From Okamejei kenojei (Eukaryota), in NCBI GenBank assembly GCA_035221665.1, contig CM069154.1:2480001-2544000 (forward strand): a stretch of 64,000 nucleotides of DNA, in the 5' to 3' direction. Shown here in pieces: positions 1 to 13,199 of the stretch. Under the pieces are notes generated by a model. That model did not search any database and had not been told where the DNA came from. It saw only the letters and a list, made by a program, of their open reading frames with translations. The translations under genes and the position numbers were made by a program. The stretch's first letter is position 1; each line of letters opens with the position of its first letter.

Positions 1-112
1 CTCGATTCCCCGACCCTGGGCAAGAGGCAGTTTGCGTTTATCTGATCGGTTCCTCTCATGATTTTTTTCCACCTCAACAAGATTGGTCCTTAACATCTCC
101 GTCTCTGGACAG

Positions 113-2343
113 ATCTGCGGGTTCCTGAACGGTGCCACCGCCGAATGGAACGCCCCTCAGGACACCCCGTACGCCTTCAAGAATGGAATATGGGTCGGCT
201 ATGACAACATCAAGAGCTTCGGAGACAAGGTACAGCTGACCATCTAAGTTCCACCCTTTCCATTGAACCATTGTGGTCTCGTTTATCTTAATATCTACTG
301 CAGAGTTTCCAACAGTGAGCACCAGAATTATGCTTCAAAATCCTTAGAATCTTTTGTCATTACATTCTGCATAACATTTCCAGCTCACCATAAACTCTTG
401 GTGTTCGGGTGTCAAGGGTTATGGGGAGAAGGCAGGAGAATGGATTTAGGAGGGAGAGCTAGATCAGCCACGAGTGAATGGCGGAGTAGACTGGATGGAC
501 CGAATGGTCTAATTCTGCTCCTATCAGTTATGAACATAATTAATATTCCAATTTTATAAAATAATTGAAGTCACATTTGCCTTAGATCTGTGCCTTCCCG
601 TGGATGTTAAGTGATGATCATGCTTCGTTATGCAGTTCAAACAAGTTTGTCGCTGTTAAAATAGATGATATGCTCTTTAGAAAGTGCTTTAAACATGGAC
701 ATTTTTGATTTGGGTCTGACATTTGGTCTCTGGGGATTTTATATATTTCCATTGGGGGGGGGGACTGTGTGAGCAAGGCAGGGAGTAACCTTTAGTTTAG
801 TCTAGTTTAGAGGTACAGCGTGGAAACAGGCTCTTCGGCCCACCGAGTCCGCGCCGACCAGCGATCCCCACATACTGGCACTATACTACACACACCAGGG
901 ATTTTACCAAAGCCAATTAATCTACAAACCTCTATGTCTTTGGAGTGTGGGAGGAAACCTGAGCACCCGGAGAAAACCCACGCAGGTCGCATGGAGAACG
1001 TACAAACTCCATACAGACAGCACGCTCTACTGCTGCGCCACCGTTCTGCCCTCATGAAATGATTCACATCGGGGAAACGTAGAATTTCTGTTTTTATTTC
1101 TCTGGTGCTGGGGTGAGACTGGTCCTCGATTATGCTGGTGGCCTTGCTGAGGCAGTGCGAGGTGTAGACGGAGTCAATGGAAGGGAGGTTGGTTTACGTG
1201 GTGGTCTGGGCTGCATCAGCAACTCCCTGCAATTTCCTGCGGGTTTTGGATGGAGCCATTCCCAAACCGTGCTGTGATGAATCCCGATAAAAAGCTTTCT
1301 ACAGCGCATCATAGAAGCCATTATTGACTGAAGGATTTTGGTGTAAAGTTGTGAACTGTGTCTTCCAGGTTGAGTGGCTGAAGAAGAACAACTTTGGAGG
1401 AGCTATGGTCTGGGATCTGGCTCTGGATGACTTCTCTGGTGCCTTCTGTCACCAGGGACCCTACCCTCTCATCAACACTCTGCACTCTGGCCTTGGCATC
1501 TCTGGAGGTAATGGAGATGTGCAGGACACGTCTTTCACACAGAGGGTGGTGGAACACTACCGGGGGGGGGGGGGGGGGGGGGGGTGGGGGTGGTGGTGGT
1601 GGCAGATAGTGGTAGGACTAGGTGTGATAGCTACGTTTTCCACACAGAGGGTGGTGGGTATAGGGAACAAGCAACTGAGTTACTCCAGCACATTGTGTCT
1701 ATTTTTATAGACCAGCATCTGGGGTAGATGCGAGGTCAGGACCCCTCTGGAGTTGGTGAGTGGGGGGTTCAGTGGGATAATCCTATTGACTGGGATATTC
1801 ACACTTTGTAGATCTGCATCTGCGGTTCCTTGTTTCTACATGAACAAGACGGATGCGCAGGCCAAGTCAACGGGTATTTCTAGGGCGGAGATTGACAGAT
1901 TCTTGATTAGTTCGGGTGTCCGGGTTTATGGGGAGAAGGCAGGAGAATGGGGTTGAGAGGGAGAGACAGATCAACCATGATTGAATGGTAGAGTAAACCC
2001 AATGGGCTAAATGGCCTAATTCTCCTATGAATTGAGGAGAACTTATGAACTTATAATGAACTGTTTCTTTGCAGCTTGCGTCCCATCCAAGACAACATTG
2101 AAGCCAGCGGTCCCACCTACTGATGCTCCTAGCGGTGGTGGAGGCAGCAGTGGTGGAGGCAGCAGTGGTGGAGGCAGCAGTGGTGGAGGCAGTGGCTTCT
2201 GTAAGGGCAAAGCGAACGGTACCTTCCCCGATCCCAAGGACAAGAACAAGTTCTACCAGTGCGCCAATGGTCGGACCTACCTGAAGAGCTGTGCCACTGG
2301 ATTAGTCTTCGATTCATCCTGTAAATGTTGCAACTGGCCTTAA
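113..2343 (+). CDS. chia: GH18 chitinase (CHIA-like) copy 1, last three coding exons (gene starts upstream of window)
   Basis: AG/GT-bounded exons 113-229 (ICGFLNGATAEWNAPQDTPYAFKNGIWVGYDNIKSFGDK), 1369-1507 (VEWLKKNNFGGAMVWDLALDDFSG...) and 2075-2343 (Gly/Ser linker plus 6-Cys CBM14 FCKGKANG...CKCCNWP*). Exon phases join in frame. Confidence 0.93.
790..1045 (-). mobile_element. tRNA-derived SINE (HE1/SacSINE-like)
   Basis: GGTGGCGCAGCAGTAGAG head and (TAAAC)n tail. Confidence 0.7.
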
Positions 2344-2559
2344 TGGCACAAGGTGAGACTGCTTACCGACCTCACACTCTATAGTGGGCATCGAGTCATA
2401 CAGCTCAGAAACAGCCCTTCGGCCCAACAAGTCCATACTGACCCTACTTGCCCTTCCACACTGGAATGCTCGTGGGGTAAGAAACACAAGACTAGTATGT
2501 GACTGGTCGCCCTAAACATTCATTGGTCATAGTATTTTCACCCAGCAGTCACTTCTAGT

Positions 2560-2870
2560 CTTTAGAGAAACAGTGGAAAAACAGGCACTTTGGCCCACCG
2601 AGTCTACGCCGACCAGCGATCACCCCATACACAAGCACTATCCTACACACTAGGGACAGTTTACAAATTGCAGAAGGCAATTAACCGACAACCCTGTATG
2701 TTTTTGGAATGTGGGTAGAAACCGGAGCACCCGGAGAAAACCCACGCGGTCATAGCGAGAACGTGCAAACTCTGTACAGACAGCAGCCCAAGGTCAGGAT
2801 GGAACCCAGGTCTATGGCGCTGTAAGACAAGCAAGCGGTGTGTCTTCCGCTGCGCCACTGTGCCACCTCC
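2560..2870 (-). mobile_element. tRNA-derived SINE (inverted homologue at 28090-28385)
   Basis: A-box-like GGTGGCACAGTGGCGCAGCGG and B-box-like GGGTTCCATCC. Confidence 0.72.
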
Positions 2871-3855
2871 TCTCTTGGTCCCTGGCTTCATGGAGTTGTC
2901 CCCTGATACTGGGTCGCCTGGAGTGAAGACTGTGGTGGTGAGGGTGAGCAAGGGAACCAACGGGCCAGGACACAGGCGACCACTTCAGAAAATGCTCCTG
3001 AAAATGTAGCCGTGCAGCGGGTAGAGTCGCTGCCTCACAGCTCCAGAGACACGGGTTCAATCCTGACTACTGGAGCTGTCTGTGTGTGGAATTAGAAAAA
3101 AAAAAATAGGTGCGGGGAAAGTAGGCTATTCGACCCTTCGAGCCAGCACCCCCATTCTATATGATCATGACTAATCATCCAAAATCAGTGCTGCAATCCT
3201 GCTTTCTCCCACATCCCTTGATTCCATTAGCTCTAAGATTTATATCCAACTCTCTTGAAAATATCCAGTGAATTGGCCTCCACTGCCTTCTGTGGCAGGG
3301 AATTCCACAGATTCACAGCTCTCTGAGTGACAGAGTTTGCACGTTCTCCTGTGACCGCGTGGGTTTTCTCCAGGAGCTCCGGTTTCCTCCCACGTCACAA
3401 AGTCGCGCAGGGTTGTAGGTTGACAGTTCCTCTGTAAATTGCCTCTCGTGTCACGGTGAGGGTTGGAATCTGGGGAGAACTGATGGGAATGTTGGGGGAA
3501 TGAGTGAGGGTCAGGTATGCACTGAACGGCCTGTCTCCCTTCTGTGTAGCCCCATCACTCTTTGGACTATCTCTGATCGGACTTTACTGGACTTTACCTC
3601 GCACTGAACGTTAACCCCTTCATCCTGTATCTGTACACTGTGGGCGGCTCGACTGTAATCATGTGTAGTCTTTCCGCTGACAGGATAGCACGCAAGCAAA
3701 AAAACTTCTTCACTGCACCTTGGTACACGTGACAATAATAAACTAAACTAAACTAGAAACTTAAATATAAATATGTACTTAAGATATTGTTTTTGATCTG
3801 ATGTGTCGACATCCTTCCTGGTTTTGAGAAATCTAAGATGATCTTTCTGTTGCAG

Positions 3856-3960
3856 ACTGTGGTCAACAAACAACTCGGAACTTCCACCACCGATTGTCCA
3901 TCACAAAGATAATTTTTGCTGTTAAAACAATAAAATAAAGTCATAATTGTAAGCATATAG
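3856..3960 (+). other. Putative non-coding terminal (3'UTR) exon of chitinase copy 1
   Basis: Donor-like AAG|GTGAGA 9 nt after the stop; acceptor TCTTTCTGTTGCAG ending at 3855; overlapping AATAAA at 3929-3939. Conserved in copies 2 (25360-~25255) and 3 (50120-~50020). Confidence 0.6.
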
Positions 3961-4633
3961 CGGCATACTTTGTGTTTGTTCATGTACATCAGTTCCTGGA
4001 GCAGAATCAGGCCATTTGACCCATCAGGTCTACTCCGCCGTTCAATCATGGCTGATCTATCTCTCCCTTTCAACCCCATTCTCCTGCCTTCTCCCCATAA
4101 CCTATGACACCTGTACTAATCGAGAATCTGTCAATCTCCGCTTTAAAAATACGCACTGACTTGGCCTCCACAGCCATCTGGCAATGAATTCCACAGATTC
4201 ACCACCCTCTGACTAAGCAAATTCCTCCTCATCTCCTTCCTAAATGTTCTTCCTTTTATTCTGAGGCTGTGTCCTCTGGTCCTGGACTCCGTAAATAATG
4301 GCAACATCCTCTCCACATAGACTCTATCCAGGCCTTTCACTATTTGGTAAGTTTCAATGAGGTTCCCACCACCTCATCCTTCAAAATTCCCCTCATCCTG
4401 ATAAAGAGTTTATCAATTAAAGTCAGCAATTTCAGTTGATGAATTGAATTGAATAACTGTTGAATTAACTACATACAAGAATTTGCCTCACAAGTTACAA
4501 CACGATATGCAGTTAACAATTAGGAATGAAACATTACAATTTAAACATGTGAAGAATTAAATAAAATACCAGAACACAAGGAGGCTGCAGACTTCTGGTT
4601 GTTGAGTAGAGCTGCTGCTCATGGAAACAAGCT

Positions 4634-4770
4634 TCTTCTTCTTGCGTATGGTGTGCACAGCCTAAAGTTGTAAGACAACTTGTTCTGTTTGATCTTTTGT
4701 TTGTGCACGCTAGGTTGATTGCATTTGTTGAAACAGGGTGGACCACTTGAACGTTGCAATCTCCCACCTT
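4634..4770 (-). mobile_element. Short non-LTR retroposon fragment with (GAA)n tail (RTE-type 3' end)
   Basis: 13-bp target-site duplication ATGGAAACAAGCT at 4621-4633 and 4771-4783; (TTC)n on + at the left end. Confidence 0.65.
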
Positions 4771-4798
4771 ATGGAAACAAGCTGTTTTTTTGTGTCTG

Positions 4799-5005
4799 TA
4801 CTCCCGGCTTCCCCTGACCCTCATTGCCTGCGCTCACGTACTTTCAACCAATCACTGCCTCCCACGGAGCATTGGCCGTAGTCAGCCGCGACCTCTGCCA
4901 AACGTGTCGTTGCATCAGCATCAAGAACAATGCCATCCCAGCTGCCAGCGGCCAACCAGGCGCCCTACACATCCTGCTTCTGTCTCCACCACATCTCGCT
5001 CTGGC
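4799..5005 (-). other. Orphan IgV-family promoter fragment (no gene body)
   Basis: Homologous to 15455-15680 including the ERSE at 4848-4866; truncated just before the TATA box. Confidence 0.75.
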
Positions 5006-5934
5006 CCCCCACCCAGTGATGGAAATGGGGGGGGGGTACGCAGGGGTACGTTCCCTTACTTTTTAGACGCTGTTCCCCTACTTTTTAGTTTGCAGTCTCC
5101 ATGACAAGGCTGCCAACTCTCACGCTTTGAACGCGAGACTCAAGCATTTTGATAATTCTCACACACTCACGCTGATCACTAATTTTTCACGCGCTGTCGT
5201 GAGAAATTCTGTGACCAACGAGAATTTCAAAACTCATATCAATTGCATGGGCCGCGGGTGTTGGATAGCCGGGGCTGAGAAAGGGATGGAAGCAGAAGCA
5301 GTAGCGGGGACCGGATGTGGATGGGGAGCCGGGGCGGGTGAGTGTTTGCCGGGCTGGCGAGACACTCGCTGCAGCTCCGGCCATGGAGCTGCCTCAATGC
5401 AAGAGTCCCGGGCCATCGGAGGCGTCGGAAGCGTTGCGCCGTTGCCGTTAGAGTCTCTGTGCCGAATTCACCCTGGTGACCGGCATGGATCAGGCAGCGT
5501 CTGTGGAGAGAAGGAATGGGTGATGTTTCTGGTCGTGACCCTTCTAAGGGTCTCAACCCGAAACCTTTAGAAGGGTCTTGACCCGAAACGTCACCCATTC
5601 CTTCTCCACAGAGATGCTGCCTGTCCCGCTGAGTTGCTCCAGCATTTTGTTAAACTCTTCGGTTTAAACCAGCATCTGCAGTTCCTTCTCACATAATGAG
5701 ATCCCAACAAGACGACTTTGAAGCTAGCACCACACAGGTGGCGGAGGGACAGGGAGAGAGGGGATGTTAAATAAATCGATATTCATACTCAATCGGGGAA
5801 ATTAGTTGACATCTGTCTTTAAATTAATATTTTATTCATCTTTAAATGTAAGTCTTGGATTCATGTATCGCGGGAACAAATAAGCAAAGTAAATATAAAC
5901 TACAAATTAACTTCAGAAAATGAAACTTCACACT

Positions 5935-8900
5935 TCCGGTGGCGCTAATGGTGGAGTAGGTTGTGCGCCAGCTAGCTCCACGTGAAAAAGCCGGGAAAAA
6001 ACATGAGTAAAATAAAGACCTGACCTGCAGAAATTGCTCCGGCAGCCTGCGTGACGTCATCAGACCCCGACTCTGGAGACCTAATGTCGGTAACTCGCTT
6101 CCCCCACAAAGGAACCGGTTAAAAAAACTACAAGAAGTAAACAACCGAAGGAGGAAGTAGGCCCGACTGAAGCCTCGGGTTCCGTTTTAACGTCGTCCCA
6201 GGAGGACATCTCAAAGGCCCAGAAGACAAAGATAACAAAAAGTGAAATGGAGGAACTTCGCAACCTCATCTCAAGGGAAATTGAAAGTATAAAAGAAGAA
6301 TTGATAAGCTTTAAAAAATAATTGATTAAAGAAATTCTGAAAAGTTTTAAAAAAAGAGATTAAAGAAGATTTCTCAGATTTTGAAAATAAAATGACTAAT
6401 CTTGTCCGTATGGAACTGGCTACCATGAAGGAGGAAATGTCTGCAAATTTCGACTTGCAAATCAATGAAATAAACGAAAAAATTAAGTCGGATGAAACCA
6501 ACTTTAATGATAAGCTGGAGTCGGCCTTCACTACAATGGATCAACAATTGGAGCAATGAACTGATGCCATAACTCACTTGGAAAGCACTACAGAGACACT
6601 CCTTGCCGAGAACAAGCGTTTATCAGATTTACTGTATAAAGTAACTGAAAAATGCATTGACTTGGAGGGCCGTCAGAGACGTCAGAATTTAAGAATTGTT
6701 GGCGCTCGAGAGGGTAAAGAAGGAACTAAAGATCTCCGTGACTTTGCCGCAGACTTATTAAAAAAAGTCTTGAATTTAGATCAAAAGCCCTTATTAGGCC
6801 GGGCACACAGAGTTCTTGGACGTCGCTCGGACCCGACCCCAAGGCAGCTGATAGTGAAGGTGCAATACGATCATGTTTTGGATGACATCATGAAAAAAAT
6901 TGCTGGCACCAGAAATCTTATGTTTGATGGAGACAAAATAAGCATATTTCGAGATTACCCTGCAGAGGTGGTCAGAAGGAGAGTGTTATTCATCAAACAA
7001 GAGGGATTCTTAAGAAGATAGATAACTTGAGATATGGATTGCTGTACCCTGCAAGATTGAGAGTCACTTATCAGGATATCGACAGCTGAGCAATCCTTCT
7101 TGTTATGGACATACTATTCTAATATTTTAATACTAATTTTTACTAACAATTACTAATCATTAAGAACACTTGTTATTATTATTGGAATAATTAGTTAAAA
7201 ATATGAAATGTAAAAAAGGTATAATTTAGATATCTTATTAATTGGAATTTGCTATGTTCTTCCTTTTTTTACATCAGACTAACATTTGACTAATAATTAG
7301 CCAAGAGAGTAATAGTTTCTCACTACATGATTACTAACATTCTGGACCAAAATAGTCCTAATTTAATCCCGTAAATTACTTTTATTGAAATTTTTAAGTG
7401 TGGAGCTAGGAATAATTTTTTAAGTCTACGGAAGTCCTTAGATGGTCAGCCACGCTAGTGTGGCTAGCACCAGCTACACTAACCTTAGATGTAGTTTCTT
7501 TTTTCTTCTTACACTTTATTAATTTTAATTTTTTTACTTTTGGTATTTTTTACTTAATTACTATTTTGAACTTGAATTAATTTACAAATATTATTTGTGG
7601 AGAATGTCCGGGAGGAAGATTTATTTGAATTAGATTTACAACTCATCTGTCCTGTGTTCGGGTGGAATGTCAGGTTTACGGTGTTCTTTTATAGACCACC
7701 CTAACCACAAGATGCAAGATGTTAATAGAAAAAACGGGGTTCAAGGAATCACTTTTGTAGTTGGAATGTTAAGGGAATTAATGAATCAATCAAGAGAGGC
7801 AAGGTATTAGCACACTTAAAATCACTCAAAGCAGATATAACATTTCTTCAAGAAACCCACCTTAAAAGCGACGCACAATATAGATTGAAAGCAAAATGGA
7901 TCGCTGAAACATATCATTCTTCATTCTCCCATAAGGCCAGAGGTGTCGCAATTTTAATTCGTAAAGGTATACCTTTTAAACACATATCAACTATTGTGGA
8001 CACTAATGGTAGATATATTATACTAGTGGGTGAATTATATCTAAAAAAAGTGATTTTTCTTAATGTCTGTGGACCAAATTTTGACAACCCACAGTTTTTT
8101 AAGAATATACTTAATACTATCCCGGAGCTCACACAACATAATTTGATAATCGGTGGAGATTTAAATTGTACACTAGATTCTTATCTTGATAGATCATCAA
8201 GACAAAGAAAAGTAGAATCTAAGACAAGCGAATTACTAAACTCATACATTAATACTCCCAATATCAAGGATGTTTGGAGAATTGAAAACCCATCTGGAAG
8301 GGAATACTCATTTTACTCACCGGTACATAAAACCTATTCAAGGATAGACTACTTTTTAGTAGACTCTAAACTTATCCCATTTACTTATAACTCGAAATAT
8401 GACCATGCTCCTGTAACATTTATGATCAAACTAAGTGGAATGGCTGACAAGCAGACACAATGGAGACTTAATCTGTTAAATGATAAAGCATGTTACGCAT
8501 GTTTTTTGAGACAAACGACTGCCCTGAAATATCTGCCTCCCTTCTTTGGGAAACATTTAAAACATTTATACGAGGAGCGTTAATCTCCGCGCAAGCCTTT
8601 CGTAATAATGAGAACCGCGCCAAACAACTGGTATTGGAAATGGAAATAAGGCAATTAGATATGTAAAATGCAATCGCGCCTTCTACGATAATACATAATA
8701 AAATTGCTGCTCTCAAATATAAGTTAAACCAAATATATTCAGACCAAATCATAAAGTTTTATCAAAAAACTAAACAGCTACACTTTGAATTCGGTGATAA
8801 ACCACAAAAATTACTGGCACATCAACTCCGGAAACAGGAAGGGGAGAAAACAATATATAAAGTTAAATCAGATATGGGAGAAATATTAACATTACCCAAG

Positions 8901-10915
8901 GATATTAACGATAGGTTCCCTCACTACTATCAAACACTTTACTCAACCAAAACGACAGTGGGTTCAGCAGGAATCAAATTATTTTCACAGAAATGCAATC
9001 TTACAGGTTTAGACCTGAAAGAGAGGGAATTATTAGGGGCTGAAATATCAGTAAAAGATATTGAAGAATCTATTAGTTCTTTAAAAAATGGAAAGGCCGC
9101 TGGCCCAGATGGTTTAAATAGCGAATTTTATAAACAATTTCATGATCTGATCTCGCCACGCCTACAGACATTATATACTCAAGCATTCATGCAACAGAAA
9201 CTTCCAGAAACTTTAAATGAATCAACAATATACTTATACCAAAAACGGATAAGGACCTTGAAGACCCAGGTTCCTATAGAGCAATTGCTCTCTTAAACAC
9301 CGATCAGAAAATATTAACCAAAATTTTAGCACATAGATTAAGTTTAGTGATTCATAAATTAATACACCCCGATCAAACAGGCTTTATTCCAAAACGTTAT
9401 TCATATTATAATCTGAGACGATTATTTAACATTACATACTCAAATAGAATAGCTAATGTAGATTTAGCAGTCATCTCGTTAGATGCTGAGAAAGCATTCG
9501 ATCAAGTGGAATGGCCCCACTTATTTTCGGTGATGGAAAAATTTCAACTACGTGAGAAGGCCTGTACTTGGGTTAAGCTTTTATATACCAACCCAACAGC
9601 TAGAATAATGACAAATCACATGTTATCAACAAAATTTGATTTATCTAAAGGTTGTAGACAAGGATGCCCGCTATCCCTGTTACTATTCACCCTTGTTATT
9701 GAACCACTAGCAGAAAGAGTTAGAGCACACCCAGAAATATATGGGTATAATACTAAAAATACAGTTAACAAAATTTCTCTATATGCAGATGATGTATTAT
9801 TATATATTACAAACCCAGAAATCAGCATCCCTAACTAGTTAAATCTTATAACTCAATTTGGTTTATTCTCGGGATACAGAATTAATTGGAATAAGAGTGA
9901 GATTATGCCAATAACGGAACTTAATTTATATATATTGCAAGAATCACCTTTTAAAATAGTGAATGAAAAATGTAAATACTTAGGAATTTACATGACCAAG
10001 AAATATACTTTATTCAAATCAAATTTCGTGCCTTTACTTAATAAATTCCATAAGAATATTCAATATTGGAAAACACTTCTCATTTCAATGCTCGGTAGAA
10101 TTAATGCTATTAAAATGATTTTCCTTCCTCAACTACTATACCTCTTTCAATCAATTCCGATATATCTCCCAAAAATGTCTTTAAAAAAAGTTGACTCTAT
10201 TGTAACAAGTTTTATTTGGGATTATAAGAATCACAGAATATGCAAAAAACACTTATGTAAACCCAAGACGAATGGAGAATCAGTCTTACCAAATGTCTTA
10301 TTTTATTTCTGGGCAGTCAATGTCAAAAACATAAATTTCTGGTTGGAAGATATGGATCAACAACCAGACTGGTTAAAGATGGAAAAGGAGGATTATCTGC
10401 CTTTTGAAGTTGGTCCAATTCTGTTAGCTCCTACAAATTTGAATTAAAAAATCTATAGTGAAAATCCGATAATACATAGTGGTATTCGAATTTGGAAACA
10501 ACTAAAGAAGACATTAAAATTGGATAATTTATCACTTTCTCTCTCTATTGCAAATAACCCTTCATTTAAACCTTCAGTATTGGATAAAGGTTTTGCACAA
10601 TGGAAAAATTATGGGATTAAAAAGCTGGGACATCTTTATAGAAAAGGTGTGTTCCTCTCATTTCAGGAGGTACAACAGAATTATGGATTACATTCAAATA
10701 TATTTTTTAGATATTTACAACTTAAAGATTATGTTATATCACATACACAAAAATACAGAACTAGAGAGCCAGAGATTCTAGATGATTGTTTGAATAAACA
10801 CCCCAACACAGTCAAATTAATATCTTACATTTATAGTACTCTTTTAGATAGTGACATTCCGTCGACGGAATTATATAGACAAGCATGGGAAAATGAATTA
10901 GTTCAACCCATAACT
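5935..10915 (+). mobile_element. Degenerate L1-clade LINE (ORF1 and ORF2 with APE endonuclease and RT), 3'-truncated
   Basis: ORF1 remnants (DLEGRQRRQNLRIVG...) at ~6084-7080. ORF2 remnants: GGDLN, YSRIDYFL, GPDG, SLDAEKAFD, GCRQGCPLS, LYADD (~9780), KYLGI. Many stops and frameshifts. Confidence 0.92.
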
Positions 10916-11391
10916 TCGGGAGCGGCTGCTTTGCCAGTGCCGACGCCCCCTCGGCCTGTGCTGAAGTCCCCTGTTTCATCACCGGGAATGCTGGTTCAAT
11001 CTCCGTCACCCGTGAAGCCACCGGCTCTGTCCGTGGTTGGGAAAAAACGGAGATGGTTTTTATCACACCCAAGCTGGTTGTGTTTGCAAGCCCACAGTGA
11101 AGTACCCAGGCTATGTTTGACTTCCCTCCAGCTTATTATCAATTGCTATCCATGCCTTATTTAGTCAATGGTTTTGTACTGACATTTAATTTTTTTAAGA
11201 GGGAGGATGTAGATCAGTGTCACTCGTGTTATGAGTCATACTTTGTAGCTACGCCCACTAGTTTGACAGAAAGCTTCTCAGCCCTTTCTCCCTCAGTCTT
11301 GAGTTACGTATTAAGATGAAGTTACCTACGCTGTAACGCTAATAAAGTATTTGTATCTTAATCACTGTGTGTGATCTAAGTTATTCCAACA
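10916..11391 (+). mobile_element. 3' end of an LTR retrotransposon (Gypsy-like): pol tail, PPT and 3' LTR
   Basis: Pro-rich tail ending HTQAGCVCKPTVKYPGYV*; polypurine tract AAGAGGGAGGA at 11197-11207 directly before TGTAG...CCAACA (11208-11391) with internal AATAAA. Confidence 0.7.
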
Positions 11392-11499
11392 GCAGAAGCT
11401 CGACATTCCCTGAATTGCTGTGAAGGACTCAGTGTTCTGGGATAGAAACTGTGGCCGGTAGGGCATTGTGATGATCACCAGGGGAGCCAAGGATATGGC

Positions 11500-12212
11500 A
11501 GCCCGGCCGGCAGTCTGTTCGTTTTTTCATCTTTTTGTTATTTTTTTGTGTCTGTTAAAAGTTTGATTTAATGTACTTCGGTTTGTTTTATGTGGGGGGA
11601 GGGGGGATTGGGGGAAACTTTTTTCTTACCTTCCTGGAGATGTGATCATTTTTTGGATCACATTCTCCGGGCTCTGCGGCCTACCATCGCTGGAGCTGGA
11701 AGCCGCCTTGGACTGTCGTGAGCCCCACCGCGGGGCGCGGACTTAACATCGGAGCGGATCCCTTGCCTGGGATCGCACCCACTGCAGCCTGCGGACTTAC
11801 CATCATGGGCTCGCAGTCTCGGGAGAGGCAAGTCGGGAGCTCCAATGCCACAGAAGGTTCGACCAGCCCCGACACGAGATTGGATCGCTCGGCGCGGGGG
11901 AGCTGACAACCCCCCAATGCGGGAGCTGAACGCCTCTACGCAGATGGCCCGAACGCCACCGGCCACAGGATTCAAGATCATCCCGTCAACAGAGGGCTCG
12001 AGGACCACGACCGAGGAAGAACAAAAGGGAAGGACTTGAACTTTATTTTGCCTTCCATCACAGTGAGGGATGTGTAGGAGTCACTGTGGTGGATGTTCAT
12101 TTTAAAACGTGTTTTTGAGTCTGTTGCTTTTAATTGTATGACTAACCTGGCCAGTGAAATTCCTCGTATGTTGCAAAACATACTTGGCGAATAAACTCAG
12201 ATTCTGATTCTT
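11500..12212 (+). mobile_element. Unclassified non-LTR-type repeat
   Basis: GC-rich body ending in AATAAA followed by a (GATTCT)n tail. Boundaries are approximate. Confidence 0.4.
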
Positions 12213-12652
12213 CTGATAACTGCCTAACTGACAGTGTAGATTTGAAGAAATCCAACTTTTTAAATGTAACTTTAAAACGTTTAAATATCCCCCACTGCGT
12301 CCCTCTCCTTACAACAATGTAAAAACACTTTCATAGCTTGTGTATTGACAGCAGAGATTCCATTGTTAAGTAATTTTCAGTTTTTGGAATGTTCACTGCA
12401 GCTAATGTAATTAAGATCCCATTGTGATTGGACAACTGTGGGATGCCATTGTGACATCGCTGGAAGAGTCTCCCTCTCAAAGGCAGTTATTATTCTCAAA
12501 GTTGGCTTTTTTTAAACTTTACATATCAATAACTTGTGAAATATGACAACAAATCTGAAGGAAACATTACATTGACGACGGGAAAAAGCTGAGTAAGGAT
12601 CTGCAAAATCCTGGAGCCAATCATTCCCAAACCCCCACTGTTGTGAAGATCC

Positions 12653-13199
12653 TGTGAGAAAGGGGTTAACAGACATAGTTGATTTAAACTAGGAATAGAA
12701 AAATATAGCTTAGAAAGAACGGTGTCAGCAGACACCAAGACTGTTAGTAGAATAGAAAGTAACAATATATAGAACAGAGAAAAATTTGAGATAAAAAGTA
12801 ACAAACTCACCAGATACTAGCTTTTCAATTAAAATACAAGAAACGAGGCCAGGTCAATTGCAATTGAGCATGCTTAATGAAATAAATGAATATTACTTAC
12901 ACAACCCTGGTTGAGAAACTGTTCATTACCATGCACATGTATGAACATGCGATGTATGATGTGGGAGGTACTGGGGGACGTACCTATAGACTGTGCACCT
13001 CAGTGCTCTGATTGGGAAGAGTCAGAGGGGAGGTTAAGCCAGCAGAATTGTGTGTATAAAGGGGCCTTACTTTCTGGACTTCAGTGTGCCTCTAGGGGAC
13101 AGCAAAGGAGAGGCACCAATTCTGCAGAATATTATCATAATAAAAGCTTCTTTGTTGACGTTGTCTCAAACAGCGTTTGTGATTTTTTCTTATCTCACA
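12653..13199 (+). mobile_element. Solo LTR
   Basis: Inverted termini TGTGAGA...TCTCACA, internal TATAAA (~13055) and AATAAA (13138). Confidence 0.65.

Larger units (their letters stand above)
1..4600 (-). repeat. Inverted, more diverged homologue of ~23720-30275
   Basis: Chitinase exons, introns, SINEs and the downstream flank match in reverse complement. Confidence 0.9.

Noticed and set aside
5005-5235. Possible hAT-type MITE ends
   Set aside because: Could not pair termini or find a TSD with confidence.
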